DNA of 64,000 bases from Eisenibacter elegans DSM 3317 (GTDB lineage Bacteria; Bacteroidota; Bacteroidia; Cytophagales; Microscillaceae): the NCBI RefSeq assembly GCF_000430505.1, contig NZ_AUMD01000021.1, forward strand, positions 1 through 64,000, given 5' to 3'. How positions within the stretch are numbered: position 1 is the first letter of the stretch; every line of letters begins with the position of its first letter. The notes below the pieces were generated by a model. It did no database searches, was not told the origin of the DNA, and worked only from the letters and a program-made list of their open reading frames with translations. Made by a program: the position numbers and the translations under genes. Of the stretch, positions 20,532 through 32,153 are shown one piece after another.

Positions 20532-21788
20532 ATGAAGATATTGCTGATGTCCATCGGAACACGCGGTGATATAGAGCCTTTTTTGGCCATTGGGGAAATA
20601 CTCGCCAATAAAGGGCATCAAGTGGTGTATGCTTTTCCTGAGCAATACGGACACCTTGTCCCGAATAATAGCCTGTATTACCCTTTCACAGCCAAGTTTT
20701 TAGGATTGATTGAGGGGGAAGATGGTAGGGCGTTGATGGGGGGCGCTACGGGTATTTTCAAAAAAATGAGGGCTGCTCTAAGGCTTTACAAACAAGGTAT
20801 TATTGTCAATAAAATACTTGTTGAAGAGCAATATGATGTCGTAAAAAAAGAGAGCCCTGATTTGATTGTACACAACGGTAAGTGTAATTATCCGGTATTG
20901 TGGCAAATATTGATAGCCAAAAAAATAGTACTGATTAGTCCTGTACCGTATTTTATGCATTATGTGGAGGGGCAGGCGCATATTGGCTTTTCTGGTGATT
21001 ATGGCCAATTGCTAAACAAACTTACTTACCAACTGGCCAACTTCGGTCTTGTCAAAACCATTTATGATGCGCAAAAGGCATTGCCAAACAACAATCAAAA
21101 AGCATCTAGAAAACAAATTAGGGGAGGCCTGTTTTCCCAAAAACTGATTTATACCATTTCCCCCGCGTTATTTTCCAGACCCAAGGGTTGGCCTTCAAAT
21201 ATTCAGGTATTGGGACATCACGAAAAAGCACAACAAACAGGCTGGCAGCCCGACGAAAACCTTTCCAATTTTTTCAAAAAACATCCAAAAATACTGTTTT
21301 TGACTTTTGGCAGTATGATTAACCCCAATCCCGAAAAGACCACCCGCATCATACTCAATGTACTGAGGGAGCTTCAAATCCCCACCCTCATCAACACAGC
21401 TGCGGGAGGACTCGTACTTCTTGAAGCCTTTGAGCAAAATCCCTTGTTCTATTTCACGAAACAAGTCCCATACGACCAGGCCCTGACAAAATGTTATGCC
21501 ATTATCCATCACGGCGGCTCAGGAACTACTCACTGTGGCCTCAAACATGCGTGTGTGTCGATGATTATCCCGCATATTTTTGACCAATATGGTTGGAATA
21601 ATTTGATTGCCAAAAATGAATTAGGCCCCAAGGGAATACCAGTCAATAAAATTACTGAACAAAACCTCAAACCCCTTATACTAGAGTTGTTTGAGAATCA
21701 AATATACAAAATGAATGCAGTTAATATGGCAGCGCAAATGCAGCAAGAGCATTTGGAAGAGATGCTTTACACCACAATAATCAGTTGA
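20532..21788 (+). CDS. GT1-family UDP-glycosyltransferase (MGT/UGT-like).
   Basis: N-terminal 'MKILLMSIGTRGDIEPFLAIGEIL' and a C-terminal UDP-sugar binding region '..HHGGSGTTHCGLKHACVSMIIPHIFDQYGWN' (PSPG-like). Confidence 0.85.
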   Translation: MKILLMSIGTRGDIEPFLAIGEILANKGHQVVYAFPEQYGHLVPNNSLYYPFTAKFLGLIEGEDGRALMGGATGIFKKMRAALRLYKQGIIVNKILVEEQYDVVKKESPDLIVHNGKCNYPVLWQILIAKKIVLISPVPYFMHYVEGQAHIGFSGDYGQLLNKLTYQLANFGLVKTIYDAQKALPNNNQKASRKQIRGGLFSQKLIYTISPALFSRPKGWPSNIQVLGHHEKAQQTGWQPDENLSNFFKKHPKILFLTFGSMINPNPEKTTRIILNVLRELQIPTLINTAAGGLVLLEAFEQNPLFYFTKQVPYDQALTKCYAIIHHGGSGTTHCGLKHACVSMIIPHIFDQYGWNNLIAKNELGPKGIPVNKITEQNLKPLILELFENQIYKMNAVNMAAQMQQEHLEEMLYTTIIS

Positions 21789-21802
21789 AAAAATTATAAA
21801 TA

Positions 21803-21888
21803 TATACCCAACCAAAATCGGTTTGGGAAATGTGTGTGCTGAGAATCCTTGAGCATCAAGAAAATCAAATCTTGTGAATCTTGGTATA
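21803..21888 (+). repeat. Copy B of the MITE-like repeat. Short form, direct relative to copy A.
   Basis: 'TATACCCAACCAAAATCGGTTTGGGAAATGTGTGTGCTGAGAATCCTTGAGCATCAAGAAAATCAAATCTTGTGAATCTTGGTATA'. Confidence 0.7.
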
Positions 21889-22044
21889 AGTCGTAAAATT
21901 GTATGTGATTGCAATTTTGCACAGATTGTTGCTTTTGTGATGATTCGGGCTTATTTTAACCCATGTTAGCGCGCTAAGCTCCCTCGAAGCGACGCTAACT
22001 TCCAAACATCTCTGATACTTTATCCGACCCAAACTCATAGTGGT

Positions 22045-23958
22045 ATGAACCGAAACAAACTTGTCTCTGCCCTTGATGCAGCCCAACTCATACAATCCGG
22101 CGATACCCTCGTAACCGGAGGTTTTGTAGGTATTGGTTTTCCTGAAGCCTTGGCGATTGCCTTGGAGGAGCGATTTGTACAAACCGGTACTCCCGCCGAT
22201 TTGACTTTACTCTATGCTGCCGGGCAGGGCGATGGGCAAGGGCGCGGCCTCAACCACTTGGCACACCAAGGGATGCTGCGACGGGTGATTGGCGGGCATT
22301 GGGGGCTGGTGCCCAAACTGGGGCAGATGGCGCTCGATAACCTTATCGAAGCCTACAACCTGCCTCAAGGGGTGATATCGCATCTCTTTCGCGACATTGC
22401 CGCAGGCAAACCTGGCACGCTCTCCAAAGTAGGGCTGCATACCTTTGTAGACCCCCGCCTCGAAGGAGGCAAGATGAACAGCCGCACCACTGAAGATCTG
22501 ATAGAGGTGCTCACCGTAGCCGGAGAAGAAATGCTCTTTTACAAAGCCCCCAAACTCGATATTGCGCTACTAAGAGGCACTACTGCCGACAAAGGCGGCA
22601 ATATTACCATGGAGCGGGAGGCTCTCTCGCTTGAGGCTTTGGCCATCGCGCAAGCCGTCAAAAATAGCGGTGGTATTGTGATTGTACAGGTAGAGCGGCT
22701 CACTACCCGCCACCGCCACCATCCGCAGATGGTCGTCGTACCGGGTATCTTGGTCGATGCAGTAGTGGTAGCCGAACCCGAACACCATCCCCAAACCTTT
22801 GCTGAACCCTACAACCCGGCCTACACGGGCGAAATCAGCGTACCCAGCTCGCAGCTCAAGCCCTTGCCCCTCGACGAGCGCAAGGTCATCGCCCGTCGGG
22901 CAGCCATGCAGCTCAAAATCAACGCTGTCGTCAATCTAGGTATCGGAATGCCCGAAGGTGTCGCCGCCGTAGCCAACGAAGAGAACATCCTCGACTATAT
23001 CACCCTAACTGTAGAGCCGGGCGGCATTGGGGGTATTCCTGCCGGAGGGCTGAGTTTTGGAGCCGTGGCCAATGCGGAGGCCATTATCTCCCAACCCTCG
23101 CAGTTTGATTTTTATGATGGTGGTGGGCTCGATCAGGCCTTCCTCGGAATGGCCGAAGTAGATGCTGAGGGCAATGTCAATGTAAGCCGCTTTCACCACA
23201 AACTCGCCGGCGCAGGTGGATTTATCAATATCAGCCAAAATGCCAAAGCCGTGTATTTTATGGGTACTTTTATGGCTAAGGCCAAAACCCAAATCGCTGA
23301 CGGCCACTTGCAGATTGTCCAAGAGGGCAGCCACAGCAAGTTTGTGCCCAAGGTCTCGCAGGTAACCTTCAGCGGAGCCTATGCGCAGGCCAAGGGGCAA
23401 GTCGTGTATTACATCACCGAAAGGGCTGTTTTTCAGTTAGTAGAAGGGGGCTTGCTCCTGCTCGAAATTGCTGAAGGGCTCGATGTAGAACGAGATATTT
23501 TGCAGCAGATGGGCTTCCGACCGATGGTCTCTCCACAAATCCGGTTGATGGATCGCCGCCTCTTCAATCCGGCCTTGATGGGGCTGCGGCGGGAGGAAAA
23601 GCTCGACTTCAGCGCCCGTGTCCACTACGACGAAACCGAAAACACCCTCTTCCTCAACCTCGAAGGCATCAGTCTCTTCACGGCTGCCGATGTAGCGCCC
23701 CTTCAGGCGGCCTTTGTGGCGGAATATGAAAAGGTGGGGCGCAAGTTCAACATTGTGGTCAATTACGACAACTTTTTCATTGGTAAGGATGCCGAGCCAG
23801 CCTATTTCGAGATTGTTCGGCACAACACCGAGCACTACTTCTTATCGGCCACACGCTACTCTACCAATGCTTTTTTTAGGCGGAGCGCTGCGGCTGCCTT
23901 TGCCGCCATCAATGCCAAACTGTACGACAGTCGCTTGGCTGCCATCAAGCATTTATAA
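22045..23958 (+). CDS. Family I CoA-transferase with fused alpha/beta subunits (YdiF/propionate-CoA transferase-like), with a C-terminal extension.
   Basis: '[26 protein letters not shown]' N-terminal CoA-transferase signature. '[15 protein letters not shown]' and downstream 'GIGMPEG' motifs. Confidence 0.85.
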   Translation: MNRNKLVSALDAAQLIQSGDTLVTGGFVGIGFPEALAIALEERFVQTGTPADLTLLYAAGQGDGQGRGLNHLAHQGMLRRVIGGHWGLVPKLGQMALDNLIEAYNLPQGVISHLFRDIAAGKPGTLSKVGLHTFVDPRLEGGKMNSRTTEDLIEVLTVAGEEMLFYKAPKLDIALLRGTTADKGGNITMEREALSLEALAIAQAVKNSGGIVIVQVERLTTRHRHHPQMVVVPGILVDAVVVAEPEHHPQTFAEPYNPAYTGEISVPSSQLKPLPLDERKVIARRAAMQLKINAVVNLGIGMPEGVAAVANEENILDYITLTVEPGGIGGIPAGGLSFGAVANAEAIISQPSQFDFYDGGGLDQAFLGMAEVDAEGNVNVSRFHHKLAGAGGFINISQNAKAVYFMGTFMAKAKTQIADGHLQIVQEGSHSKFVPKVSQVTFSGAYAQAKGQVVYYITERAVFQLVEGGLLLLEIAEGLDVERDILQQMGFRPMVSPQIRLMDRRLFNPALMGLRREEKLDFSARVHYDETENTLFLNLEGISLFTAADVAPLQAAFVAEYEKVGRKFNIVVNYDNFFIGKDAEPAYFEIVRHNTEHYFLSATRYSTNAFFRRSAAAAFAAINAKLYDSRLAAIKHL

Positions 23959-24994
23959 ACCGCTCCGGATAGAGCAAGTGCTGTAGTTGGGTGGCCGTAT
24001 AGCGCGGTGACCCCTCCTTGGCTTGTTCGGCAGCCTTGATGAGTTGGCAGATGGTTTCGTTCAGCGGGGTAGGCACGCCCACTTCTTGCCCCAGCGCCAC
24101 AATTTCGCCGTTCAAAAAGTCAATCTCTGTCAGGCGGCCTTTGGCCAAATCCTCGCTCATAGAGCTGCGTGCTTGCGGGTCGATGCGTACCATCTTGGCC
24201 GCCACCTTGAAAAACAAAAAATCGGGCAAGGCCAACACACAGGGTGCTATGCTTGGAATCATCGTACCCAAACGGCGGGGCTTGATGCCGGCCTTCTGCA
24301 TCACCAGCAGGGCCTCGCGCATCATCGCCGCAACCAACAGCCGAAACGCACGTTCCGACAATTCCTCTCGTAGCGGAATGCCTGCCAAGGCATTGAGGGC
24401 GTTGTTGAGGTTAAACACAAGCTTGCCCCACTGTACCTCGGGCAACAGTGGGTGTGTGGCCGCCTCAATACCCGATGCGTGCAAGAGCGCTGTCAAAGCC
24501 GAGGCCTCGCTCCCCTCTTCCAACAAAATCGCCCCACTAGTACCTCTGTGCCAGTGGTTGGTGTGGAGTTGGGCTACATTAAAGGGCACCATCCCGGCCA
24601 AGACCTTGGCCTGTGGGAGTTGGGCTTGGAGTATCGCCTTGTTGCGGATGCCGTTTTGCAGGCTCACCACCAAAGTACCCTCTGCCAGCACTGTTGCCAA
24701 GGCCTTGCCCACGGTTTCCGTGTCTGTACTCTTGACACAAACCAACACCGCCCCACAGGCGGCCAAGGCCTTCGGGTCAGTATGAAACGGCACTGATGAG
24801 CCATTGAGGTGCCAATCAGCCCCTTTATAATCCGTAATGCGCAGCCCCTCTGTCAGGATAGCTTCTTGCAACCCTGCACGCCCCACCCAGACACTGTCCA
24901 AACCAATGCGCACCAAGTGTGCCCCAATATAACAACCAATGCTGCCGGCACCCATCAGACCAATGGGCTTGCGTAAAAAATCGGGCGTAATCAT
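23945..24994 (-). CDS. panE: 2-dehydropantoate 2-reductase (ketopantoate reductase).
   Basis: Rossmann '[16 protein letters not shown]' and the ApbA/PanE C-terminal helical domain. Confidence 0.8.
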   Translation of the reverse strand: MITPDFLRKPIGLMGAGSIGCYIGAHLVRIGLDSVWVGRAGLQEAILTEGLRITDYKGADWHLNGSSVPFHTDPKALAACGAVLVCVKSTDTETVGKALATVLAEGTLVVSLQNGIRNKAILQAQLPQAKVLAGMVPFNVAQLHTNHWHRGTSGAILLEEGSEASALTALLHASGIEAATHPLLPEVQWGKLVFNLNNALNALAGIPLREELSERAFRLLVAAMMREALLVMQKAGIKPRRLGTMIPSIAPCVLALPDFLFFKVAAKMVRIDPQARSSMSEDLAKGRLTEIDFLNGEIVALGQEVGVPTPLNETICQLIKAAEQAKEGSPRYTATQLQHLLYPERFINA

Positions 24995-25037
24995 TTTAGT
25001 TGGTGTTTAGTATGTCGTTGTGATGGAAATAGTTTAG

Positions 25038-25856
25038 TTAGTGTCGATGTTTTGGGGCTTCCCCCGCCTCTTTCAAGCTTTTGGGGTATCCAATGGCATA
25101 AATCACAACACCAAAACCGTGCCTTGCCTTGCCAATATCCCAGTGGTAAAGTCCTTTTGGGTCGGCTTGGGTGGTCATTTGGCGGAGCTGCTGAGGGCTA
25201 TACAAACGCAGGATAGACACCCAGCCATCCCAAAGCGTACAGAGTGGAATCAGCGGGATGAGATAGGTAAACAGCATCTTGTCCCACCGAAACGGACGTA
25301 TAAACGGCGTAGCCACCCACATCAGTACCGTCAGCGCCAAGGTATTGACTACAAACTGCCACACCGACTTATCAAGCGGCTCGAAGATACCGATGGGCAT
25401 CTGTTGGGCTACTGCTTGTTGGAGCAATTGTTGTGCCTCAGGCGGACGGAAATGATGAAATCCATTAAAAATCGTACGAAAGCTCTGCGGCTCTGCGGCT
25501 GCATCGAGGGCGTTGAGCGGAGTGTCTACATACCGGATATGCCCCCCACTTTGGGTTGCCAACGCCTCATAAGCCGGAAGGTTGGGGTAGAGGTCGCTCA
25601 ACACAAAGTCTGGCGCACCGTGTGGCAGGTGTTGCGACAGATGTCGCCGCAAAGGCAAGACTGAGCCGCCACCGCCCGAACACAAATCCTGAATGTGTGT
25701 GGCCTGTGTATGTACCAAGGCTTCAGCAAAACGTGGAATCACGGCGCGGAACACATCAAAAGTTTCCATTAGCCAGCGTAGGTAGTCGGTCTGCCCCTGA
25801 CGCAAACGGTCGGGGTAGTATGGCCAGTCTTCAATTTCAAAAAGGTGTATACGCAT
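25038..25856 (-). CDS. Hypothetical protein: class I methyltransferase-like N-terminal region fused to hydrophobic C-terminal segments.
   Basis: A 'DLCSGGGGS' glycine-rich SAM-binding-like loop. The C-terminal half has TM-like stretches. Confidence 0.55.
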   Translation of the reverse strand: MRIHLFEIEDWPYYPDRLRQGQTDYLRWLMETFDVFRAVIPRFAEALVHTQATHIQDLCSGGGGSVLPLRRHLSQHLPHGAPDFVLSDLYPNLPAYEALATQSGGHIRYVDTPLNALDAAAEPQSFRTIFNGFHHFRPPEAQQLLQQAVAQQMPIGIFEPLDKSVWQFVVNTLALTVLMWVATPFIRPFRWDKMLFTYLIPLIPLCTLWDGWVSILRLYSPQQLRQMTTQADPKGLYHWDIGKARHGFGVVIYAIGYPKSLKEAGEAPKHRH

Positions 25857-26058
25857 TTTATGGGAAGTGAAAAGGGACTAAGTTGTTTTTAAACGTACTA
25901 TAGATTCCGACCTGTGTCTTAGGCTCATCGAAACCACATTGGTACATCAACGTTTCACGCCACTGGACATCTTCCAGCCCCCACAGTTAAAAATGAGGCC
26001 TCAATTTGTCTCGGAGCTAGAGCTCCGAGCTACTTTTCCAAAAATGTCCAGTAGCGTG

Positions 26059-26586
26059 TCAACGTTTTAAGCTGATGGTCTCATTCACAATACCCCTTGC
26101 GGCAAGCCAATCACGCACTGCGTGCCCCGTACCGCTATCCCAAGGCTGAAGGTCTTGAGGGGTGATGTATTTGTAGTCTGCTAGCTCTTCGTTAAGCGTA
26201 ATGGGTGCGCCAGCTTCTGCCCGTACGTGATAGGCGATGATGAGTTGGTTCATCCAATCGAAAGTATACAGACCTACCAACGATACCAGCTCCGCTGTCA
26301 AGCCCAGCTCCTCCTGTACCTCGCGCAACACGGCCTCTTCAGGCGTTTCTTTTTTCTCCAAAAAGCCCGTAATCAACCCATACCAGTGGGTAGGCCAGCG
26401 TTGGTTACGTGCCAAGACGACCATCCCGTCTTGCTCTACAATGGCCGCCACTACAGGCGTGGGGTTGTCATAATGAACATATCCACAACTGGCATTTGAG
26501 CAAACCAAGCGTTGGCGGTCTTCGGTGGGGAGTTGGCGCAGCCCAAAAGGGCTGGCACAAACAGGACAAAACTTGAAAGTAGGCAT
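26059..26586 (-). CDS. NUDIX hydrolase with N-terminal zinc ribbon (NudC-like).
   Basis: 'CPVCASP...CSNASCGYVHYDNP' zinc ribbon, then a NUDIX box 'GFLEKKETPEEAVLREVQEELGL'. Confidence 0.8.
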   Translation of the reverse strand: MPTFKFCPVCASPFGLRQLPTEDRQRLVCSNASCGYVHYDNPTPVVAAIVEQDGMVVLARNQRWPTHWYGLITGFLEKKETPEEAVLREVQEELGLTAELVSLVGLYTFDWMNQLIIAYHVRAEAGAPITLNEELADYKYITPQDLQPWDSGTGHAVRDWLAARGIVNETISLKR

Positions 26587-26993
26587 CGTTTAGTTGTTGG
26601 GCTAAGTGAAACTAGAATGGAGTAAAGCTATAAAAAAAACCCTGAACCGACCTATACTTTGGCCAAGACCCAAGGCAGTTATACACGAAAGTAAGTTTTT
26701 TTGCGTTTTGTTTTCGACTAAGTTACAATTGGATAGGTTTTTGGTATCTATTTTGTTGAATCATAGTACATTGACCGTAGCAATGCTATCAAGAGTACAA
26801 GGTGGTACTTTTGCTTAAGCAAGGCTACCCCCATTTCCTTGGAAATATTGGAAATAAATGTATGGCTCTCAGGTGTGGATAAGTGAGAATATTTTGTATT
26901 TTGCAGGCAGAATACCATACCCAGCACCTTTGAAACATATCAAGGCACCGTTAACTAAACTAGCATCTATCCAAAACATTTACTAATCGTTGT

Positions 26994-29237
26994 ATGAGGG
27001 CACTAAAACAAATAATGGCGGTGGCGCTTATCGGGATGATAGGCTACCAAGTCCAAGCACAAAGCGCGCAGGAGCACCTTTCTAAAGGCCAGCAGAAAAG
27101 CCAAACAGCGCAATATGCTGAGGCCGTCCGACACTTTGATGCAGCCTTGGGGCAAAACCCGCATTATGAGGAAGCTTACTACTACCGTGGTGAGGCTCAT
27201 TACCGCTTGGGAATGTATCAAAAAGCCCTCAATGATTTTGGCCAAGCTATCCAGATAGACCCCTCACAAGCCATCACCTATCACTCAAGAGGCTTGGTAT
27301 ATCTCGAAATGTTGAAATATGCTGAGGCAATAGCAGACTTCTCCAAGGCGTTGCAAATCTCGCCCAACAACGAACGCATGCTGGCTGACCGCGCCTTGGC
27401 GTATTATCACCAAGGAGAATATACCCAAGCCCAACGTGATTGTGATAGAGCGCTCAAAGCGATGCCCGGTTACGCTTTTGCCTACAGCATCAAAGGGCGT
27501 ATTGCAGAAGCCCAACAACAATACCCGCAAGCCCTGACTCACTACCAAGCAGCCATACACCATAACCGCTATTCGCCTAAGTATCAGACCTTATTGGCAG
27601 ATTTGTATGTACAGATGGAACGCTACAACGAGGCCATGAATCACTACAATGAGGCACTCCAGTATGAACCTAGCTCACAACACCACGAGGCATATACCGG
27701 TAGGGCTGCACTTTATCTGAGAGGCAAGGATTACCAAACGGCTATGAGCGATGCTGCCAAGGCTATTCAGCTCAACCGCCGACACTTCGCCGCCTATGTG
27801 GTGCGAGGTTTGGTACATACACATCTGGGTGACGTGGCCAAAGCAGAAGAAGATTTCCGATTCTATATCGAAAACGCTCGTACAGCCTCTGATTTTCATT
27901 ACATTGCAGGGATGGTTTATCGCCACGCCCACGACCAGCAACTCTATACTAAGGCGGTAGCTTGGGCAAAAAAGGCCGTCGAATTGAATAACAATGCCCG
28001 TAACAATACCCTGTGTGCGCAATTGCATTATGCTGTTTTACAGCTCCCCGAAGCACAAAAATACGCTCAAAAAGCCATAGAGCTTGCCCGCCATAGTGGT
28101 GAAGACAATGCGGTAGCAACGAAATTATTGCAAGAACTTCAGTCTTCGGCATCGCTGGACCGTACCCCGCCCGAAATACAAATCATTACGCCCTCAATGG
28201 CCAATCGCGGCTTTGTAGTGGTAGAAGAACGTGAGAAAATAGAAATCGTAGGCCAAGTGTCTGATGAAAGCGGTGTATCTAAGGTGTTGGTCAATGGCAA
28301 TATCGCCCGACTAGAGGCCAATGGCCGCTTCCGTGGCGATGTGGTCTTGGAAGATTATGAAACCTATATCACCCTCCGGGCAACGGACAAGCGTGGCAAT
28401 ACTTCTGAGCAGACCTTTGTGGTGCGCAAAAATAATGGCCAACAAACAGCCAGCTATGCAAGCCAAACACGACAAACCAACGGCCAACAAGCCGCTACCC
28501 GAGAAACGATGCCCCAATTGGGCAGACATCGTGCCCTGCTTTTTGCTGTCAATCAATATGATAGTTGGACACAGCTAATCAACCCTGTGTATGATGCACA
28601 CGCCATCGCCCGTAATTTGGAAGAAATCTATGGCTTTGAGGTCGAAATTGTCGAAAACCCTACCCGCGAACAAATAGCGCTGACCCTTCGTCGCTATGCC
28701 TCCCAACAATACAGCAATAAGGACCAACTGCTGGTATTTTTTGCTGGCCACGGTATCTATGATGAGATTTATCGCGAAGGGTTTCTAGTAGCTAAAGACT
28801 CTAAAATCAGGGATGAGTCGCGCAGCTCTTACTACTCTTATAGCGAGCTGCGGAGTGTTTTGAGCCGTATCCACTGCGACCACGTGCTCTTGGTATTGGA
28901 CGCTTGTTTCAGTGGTACGTTTGACCAACTGGTGGCTATGCGCGGCCTCGACCCCGAAGACCGCAGCAAGTGGGACTTTATCAACCAAAAAATGCAGTAC
29001 CGTACTCGTCGGTATATCACTTCTGCCGGTAAAGAATATGTGCCGGATGGCCGCCCAGGCCAACATTCGCCCTTTGCGCGCGCTTTCTTGGAAGCCTTGC
29101 GTAGCGAGGGAGGCCAAGATGGTGTGTTGACCATCAACGAGGTGATGAGCTATATGTCTACTGCCAAACCGCAGCCTCTTACCGGAGAGTTTGATGGCAA
29201 TGAGCCAGGCAGCGACTTTCTCTTCATCGCACGCTAA
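26994..29237 (+). CDS. Secreted TPR-repeat protein with a C-terminal caspase-like (peptidase C14) domain.
   Basis: Signal peptide. About 8 TPR units. C-terminal 'FFAGHGIY' (catalytic His) and 'LVLDACFSGTF' (catalytic Cys), the caspase/metacaspase dyad. Confidence 0.8.
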   Translation: MRALKQIMAVALIGMIGYQVQAQSAQEHLSKGQQKSQTAQYAEAVRHFDAALGQNPHYEEAYYYRGEAHYRLGMYQKALNDFGQAIQIDPSQAITYHSRGLVYLEMLKYAEAIADFSKALQISPNNERMLADRALAYYHQGEYTQAQRDCDRALKAMPGYAFAYSIKGRIAEAQQQYPQALTHYQAAIHHNRYSPKYQTLLADLYVQMERYNEAMNHYNEALQYEPSSQHHEAYTGRAALYLRGKDYQTAMSDAAKAIQLNRRHFAAYVVRGLVHTHLGDVAKAEEDFRFYIENARTASDFHYIAGMVYRHAHDQQLYTKAVAWAKKAVELNNNARNNTLCAQLHYAVLQLPEAQKYAQKAIELARHSGEDNAVATKLLQELQSSASLDRTPPEIQIITPSMANRGFVVVEEREKIEIVGQVSDESGVSKVLVNGNIARLEANGRFRGDVVLEDYETYITLRATDKRGNTSEQTFVVRKNNGQQTASYASQTRQTNGQQAATRETMPQLGRHRALLFAVNQYDSWTQLINPVYDAHAIARNLEEIYGFEVEIVENPTREQIALTLRRYASQQYSNKDQLLVFFAGHGIYDEIYREGFLVAKDSKIRDESRSSYYSYSELRSVLSRIHCDHVLLVLDACFSGTFDQLVAMRGLDPEDRSKWDFINQKMQYRTRRYITSAGKEYVPDGRPGQHSPFARAFLEALRSEGGQDGVLTINEVMSYMSTAKPQPLTGEFDGNEPGSDFLFIAR

Positions 29238-29280
29238 AACCCATATCGGAAAATTCTGTTAGACTCTGAACCTACCTAAA

Positions 29281-30666
29281 ATGATACTTTACTTGCGCTT
29301 TATAGTCCTGTTTTCCTGTATCTTGTATGTCGGGCTGTGGCAAACCCCTGCTGCTTTTTCACAAGGATGTATTTTGGATGAACAAGCGTATGCGCAAGTA
29401 CCGCTCAAACCCCTGATGCGTAGTGGCAACTTGCCTAGCTATGCATCGTTGCGCGCATATGCCCCTATCCCCAAAGACCAAGGAGCCTATGGTAATTGTG
29501 TGGGTTGGACAACCGCCTATGCAGGGCGTACCATTATGTTGGCTTATCAACAAAACTGGCGTGACCCTGTGCTGACAACCCAGAATGCACTTTCGCCTTT
29601 TTTTGTATATGAGCAAGCTAAATCAAGAGTAGACATTGATTGTAAGGAGGGCACACTGCTAGTACACGCACTCGAAGAGCTGAAAAACGTAGGCGTGGTT
29701 AAGTTCTCAGATTTTGCTGAAAGCTGTGGCAAACCGATTACCGCACAAGATCGCGCCAACGCCGGTAAGTTTCGTATCCAAAATTATCATCGGTTGTTTG
29801 ACAGCAGGGCAGCCAATGCCAGCAAAATAGCCGCCATCAAGGAAGTGTTGGCCAACCACAAACCTGTATTGGTTGGCCTTACGGCCATTTTCCCCTCTTT
29901 CCGAAATGCCAAAGGCGTTGCTGTCTGGAATCCTATACAAGGGGAAAACCCTAATAAAGGTAGCGGACACGCAGTGGCTATCGTGGGTTATGATGACCAT
30001 AAGTATGGAGGTGCTTTCCAACTGATGAACAGCTGGGGCACTACTTGGGGGGAGCAAGGCTTCATATGGGTGCGTTACCAAGATATGGCCACACTTTGCT
30101 TCGAAGCCTATGAAATGACTATCGAAAAGCCTAACCTCTATACCATGTCAGGCAATATCCGGTTTATTTTGTCTGCCGGATATGATATGAAGGCCGTATA
30201 CAAAGAGGGATATTATGAGATGCGAGAGCCTTACCACTCCGGCACACTCTTTCGCCTACAGGTGTCTAATCATCGCCCAGCCTATGTCTATGTTATCGGG
30301 GCAGATGCGGTCAACAAGGCCTACAAAATATTCCCACAAGATGCCCATACTACCCCTTTTTTGGGACAAGACAATAGCACCGTAGCCCTGCCCAGTGCAG
30401 AGCATTATGTCAAAATGGACAAAACCATTGGCACAGATTATTTTTGTATTTTATATTCTTCGGAGCCTATTCCCATAGAAGAAGTCATATCACAAATGAA
30501 ACGCTTCTCGGGTACATTCAAAGAGCGCCTTGAGCTGGCTCTCAAAGGGCGATTAGCCCCTATGCAATCTATTGACTACCTGCGCAATGGAGAAATTGGC
30601 TTTTATTCAGAAAGTGATAAAAATACGATTGTGCCCATTATCGTGGCCATCAAACACGTAGACTAA
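29281..30666 (+). CDS. Secreted papain-like cysteine peptidase (family C1) with a ~180-aa C-terminal domain of unknown function.
   Basis: 'QGAYGNCVGWTTAY' (Gln/Cys), 'GHAVAIVGYDD' (His), 'NSWGTTWGEQGFIWV' (Asn-Ser-Trp), all in canonical order. N-terminal signal peptide. Confidence 0.8.
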   Translation: MILYLRFIVLFSCILYVGLWQTPAAFSQGCILDEQAYAQVPLKPLMRSGNLPSYASLRAYAPIPKDQGAYGNCVGWTTAYAGRTIMLAYQQNWRDPVLTTQNALSPFFVYEQAKSRVDIDCKEGTLLVHALEELKNVGVVKFSDFAESCGKPITAQDRANAGKFRIQNYHRLFDSRAANASKIAAIKEVLANHKPVLVGLTAIFPSFRNAKGVAVWNPIQGENPNKGSGHAVAIVGYDDHKYGGAFQLMNSWGTTWGEQGFIWVRYQDMATLCFEAYEMTIEKPNLYTMSGNIRFILSAGYDMKAVYKEGYYEMREPYHSGTLFRLQVSNHRPAYVYVIGADAVNKAYKIFPQDAHTTPFLGQDNSTVALPSAEHYVKMDKTIGTDYFCILYSSEPIPIEEVISQMKRFSGTFKERLELALKGRLAPMQSIDYLRNGEIGFYSESDKNTIVPIIVAIKHVD

Positions 30667-30714
30667 TACTATTGAACATTTGCTAAGTTGGCCTTGACTA
30701 ACAAGCCCTTATTG

Positions 30715-30816
30715 TACCAAGATTCACAAGATTTGGGGATTTGCAGGGTTTGATTTTCTTGGTTATCAAGGATTTTCAGCACCAAGATTTCCCAAACCAA
30801 TTGTGGTTGAGTATAT
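30715..30816 (-). repeat. Copy C of the MITE-like repeat. Long form, inverted. A degenerate partial second copy lies at 30817-30880.
   Basis: Its reverse complement, 'TATACTCAACCACAATTGGTTTGGGAAATCTTGGTGCTGAAAATCCTTGATAACCAAGAAAATCAAACCCTGCAAATCCCCAAATCTTGTGAATCTTGGTA', aligns with copies A/B plus a 17-nt insert. Confidence 0.7.
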
Positions 30817-30957
30817 ACCAAAATCCACTTGATTTGAGAGTTGACAGTACTTGGTTATCAAGGATGTTGAGGTTAGAGGTTTGTACTCTCTGCCCTTTGT
30901 GTTTAAATATATGCTGAACGCCAGACTAGAAGGATATAAATCTACCAAACAGATAAA

Positions 30958-30992
30958 AAAACGCAACCCCAAGGGGCTGCGTTTTGGTATGT
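30958..30992. terminator. Bidirectional intrinsic terminator (downstream of gap on the minus strand and of the C1 peptidase on the plus strand).
   Basis: 'AAAAAACGCAACCCCaaggGGGCTGCGTTTTGG': a 9-bp stem with one mismatch, and a T-run on both strands. Confidence 0.55.
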
Positions 30993-31014
30993 ATGAGGGG
31001 TATCGTTTTTTGGA

Positions 31015-32031
<1,017 letters not shown>

Positions 32032-32153
32032 TCAAATAAGAACGTGCCTTCAAAAGGCATGACAAAATTAGGGAGTTTTGCGCAATTAACCAATGCTGAA
32101 AAAAGCGCATATCAGTAGAAGCAGTTTTTGGGCAGATACTTTGGCAGTCTACA

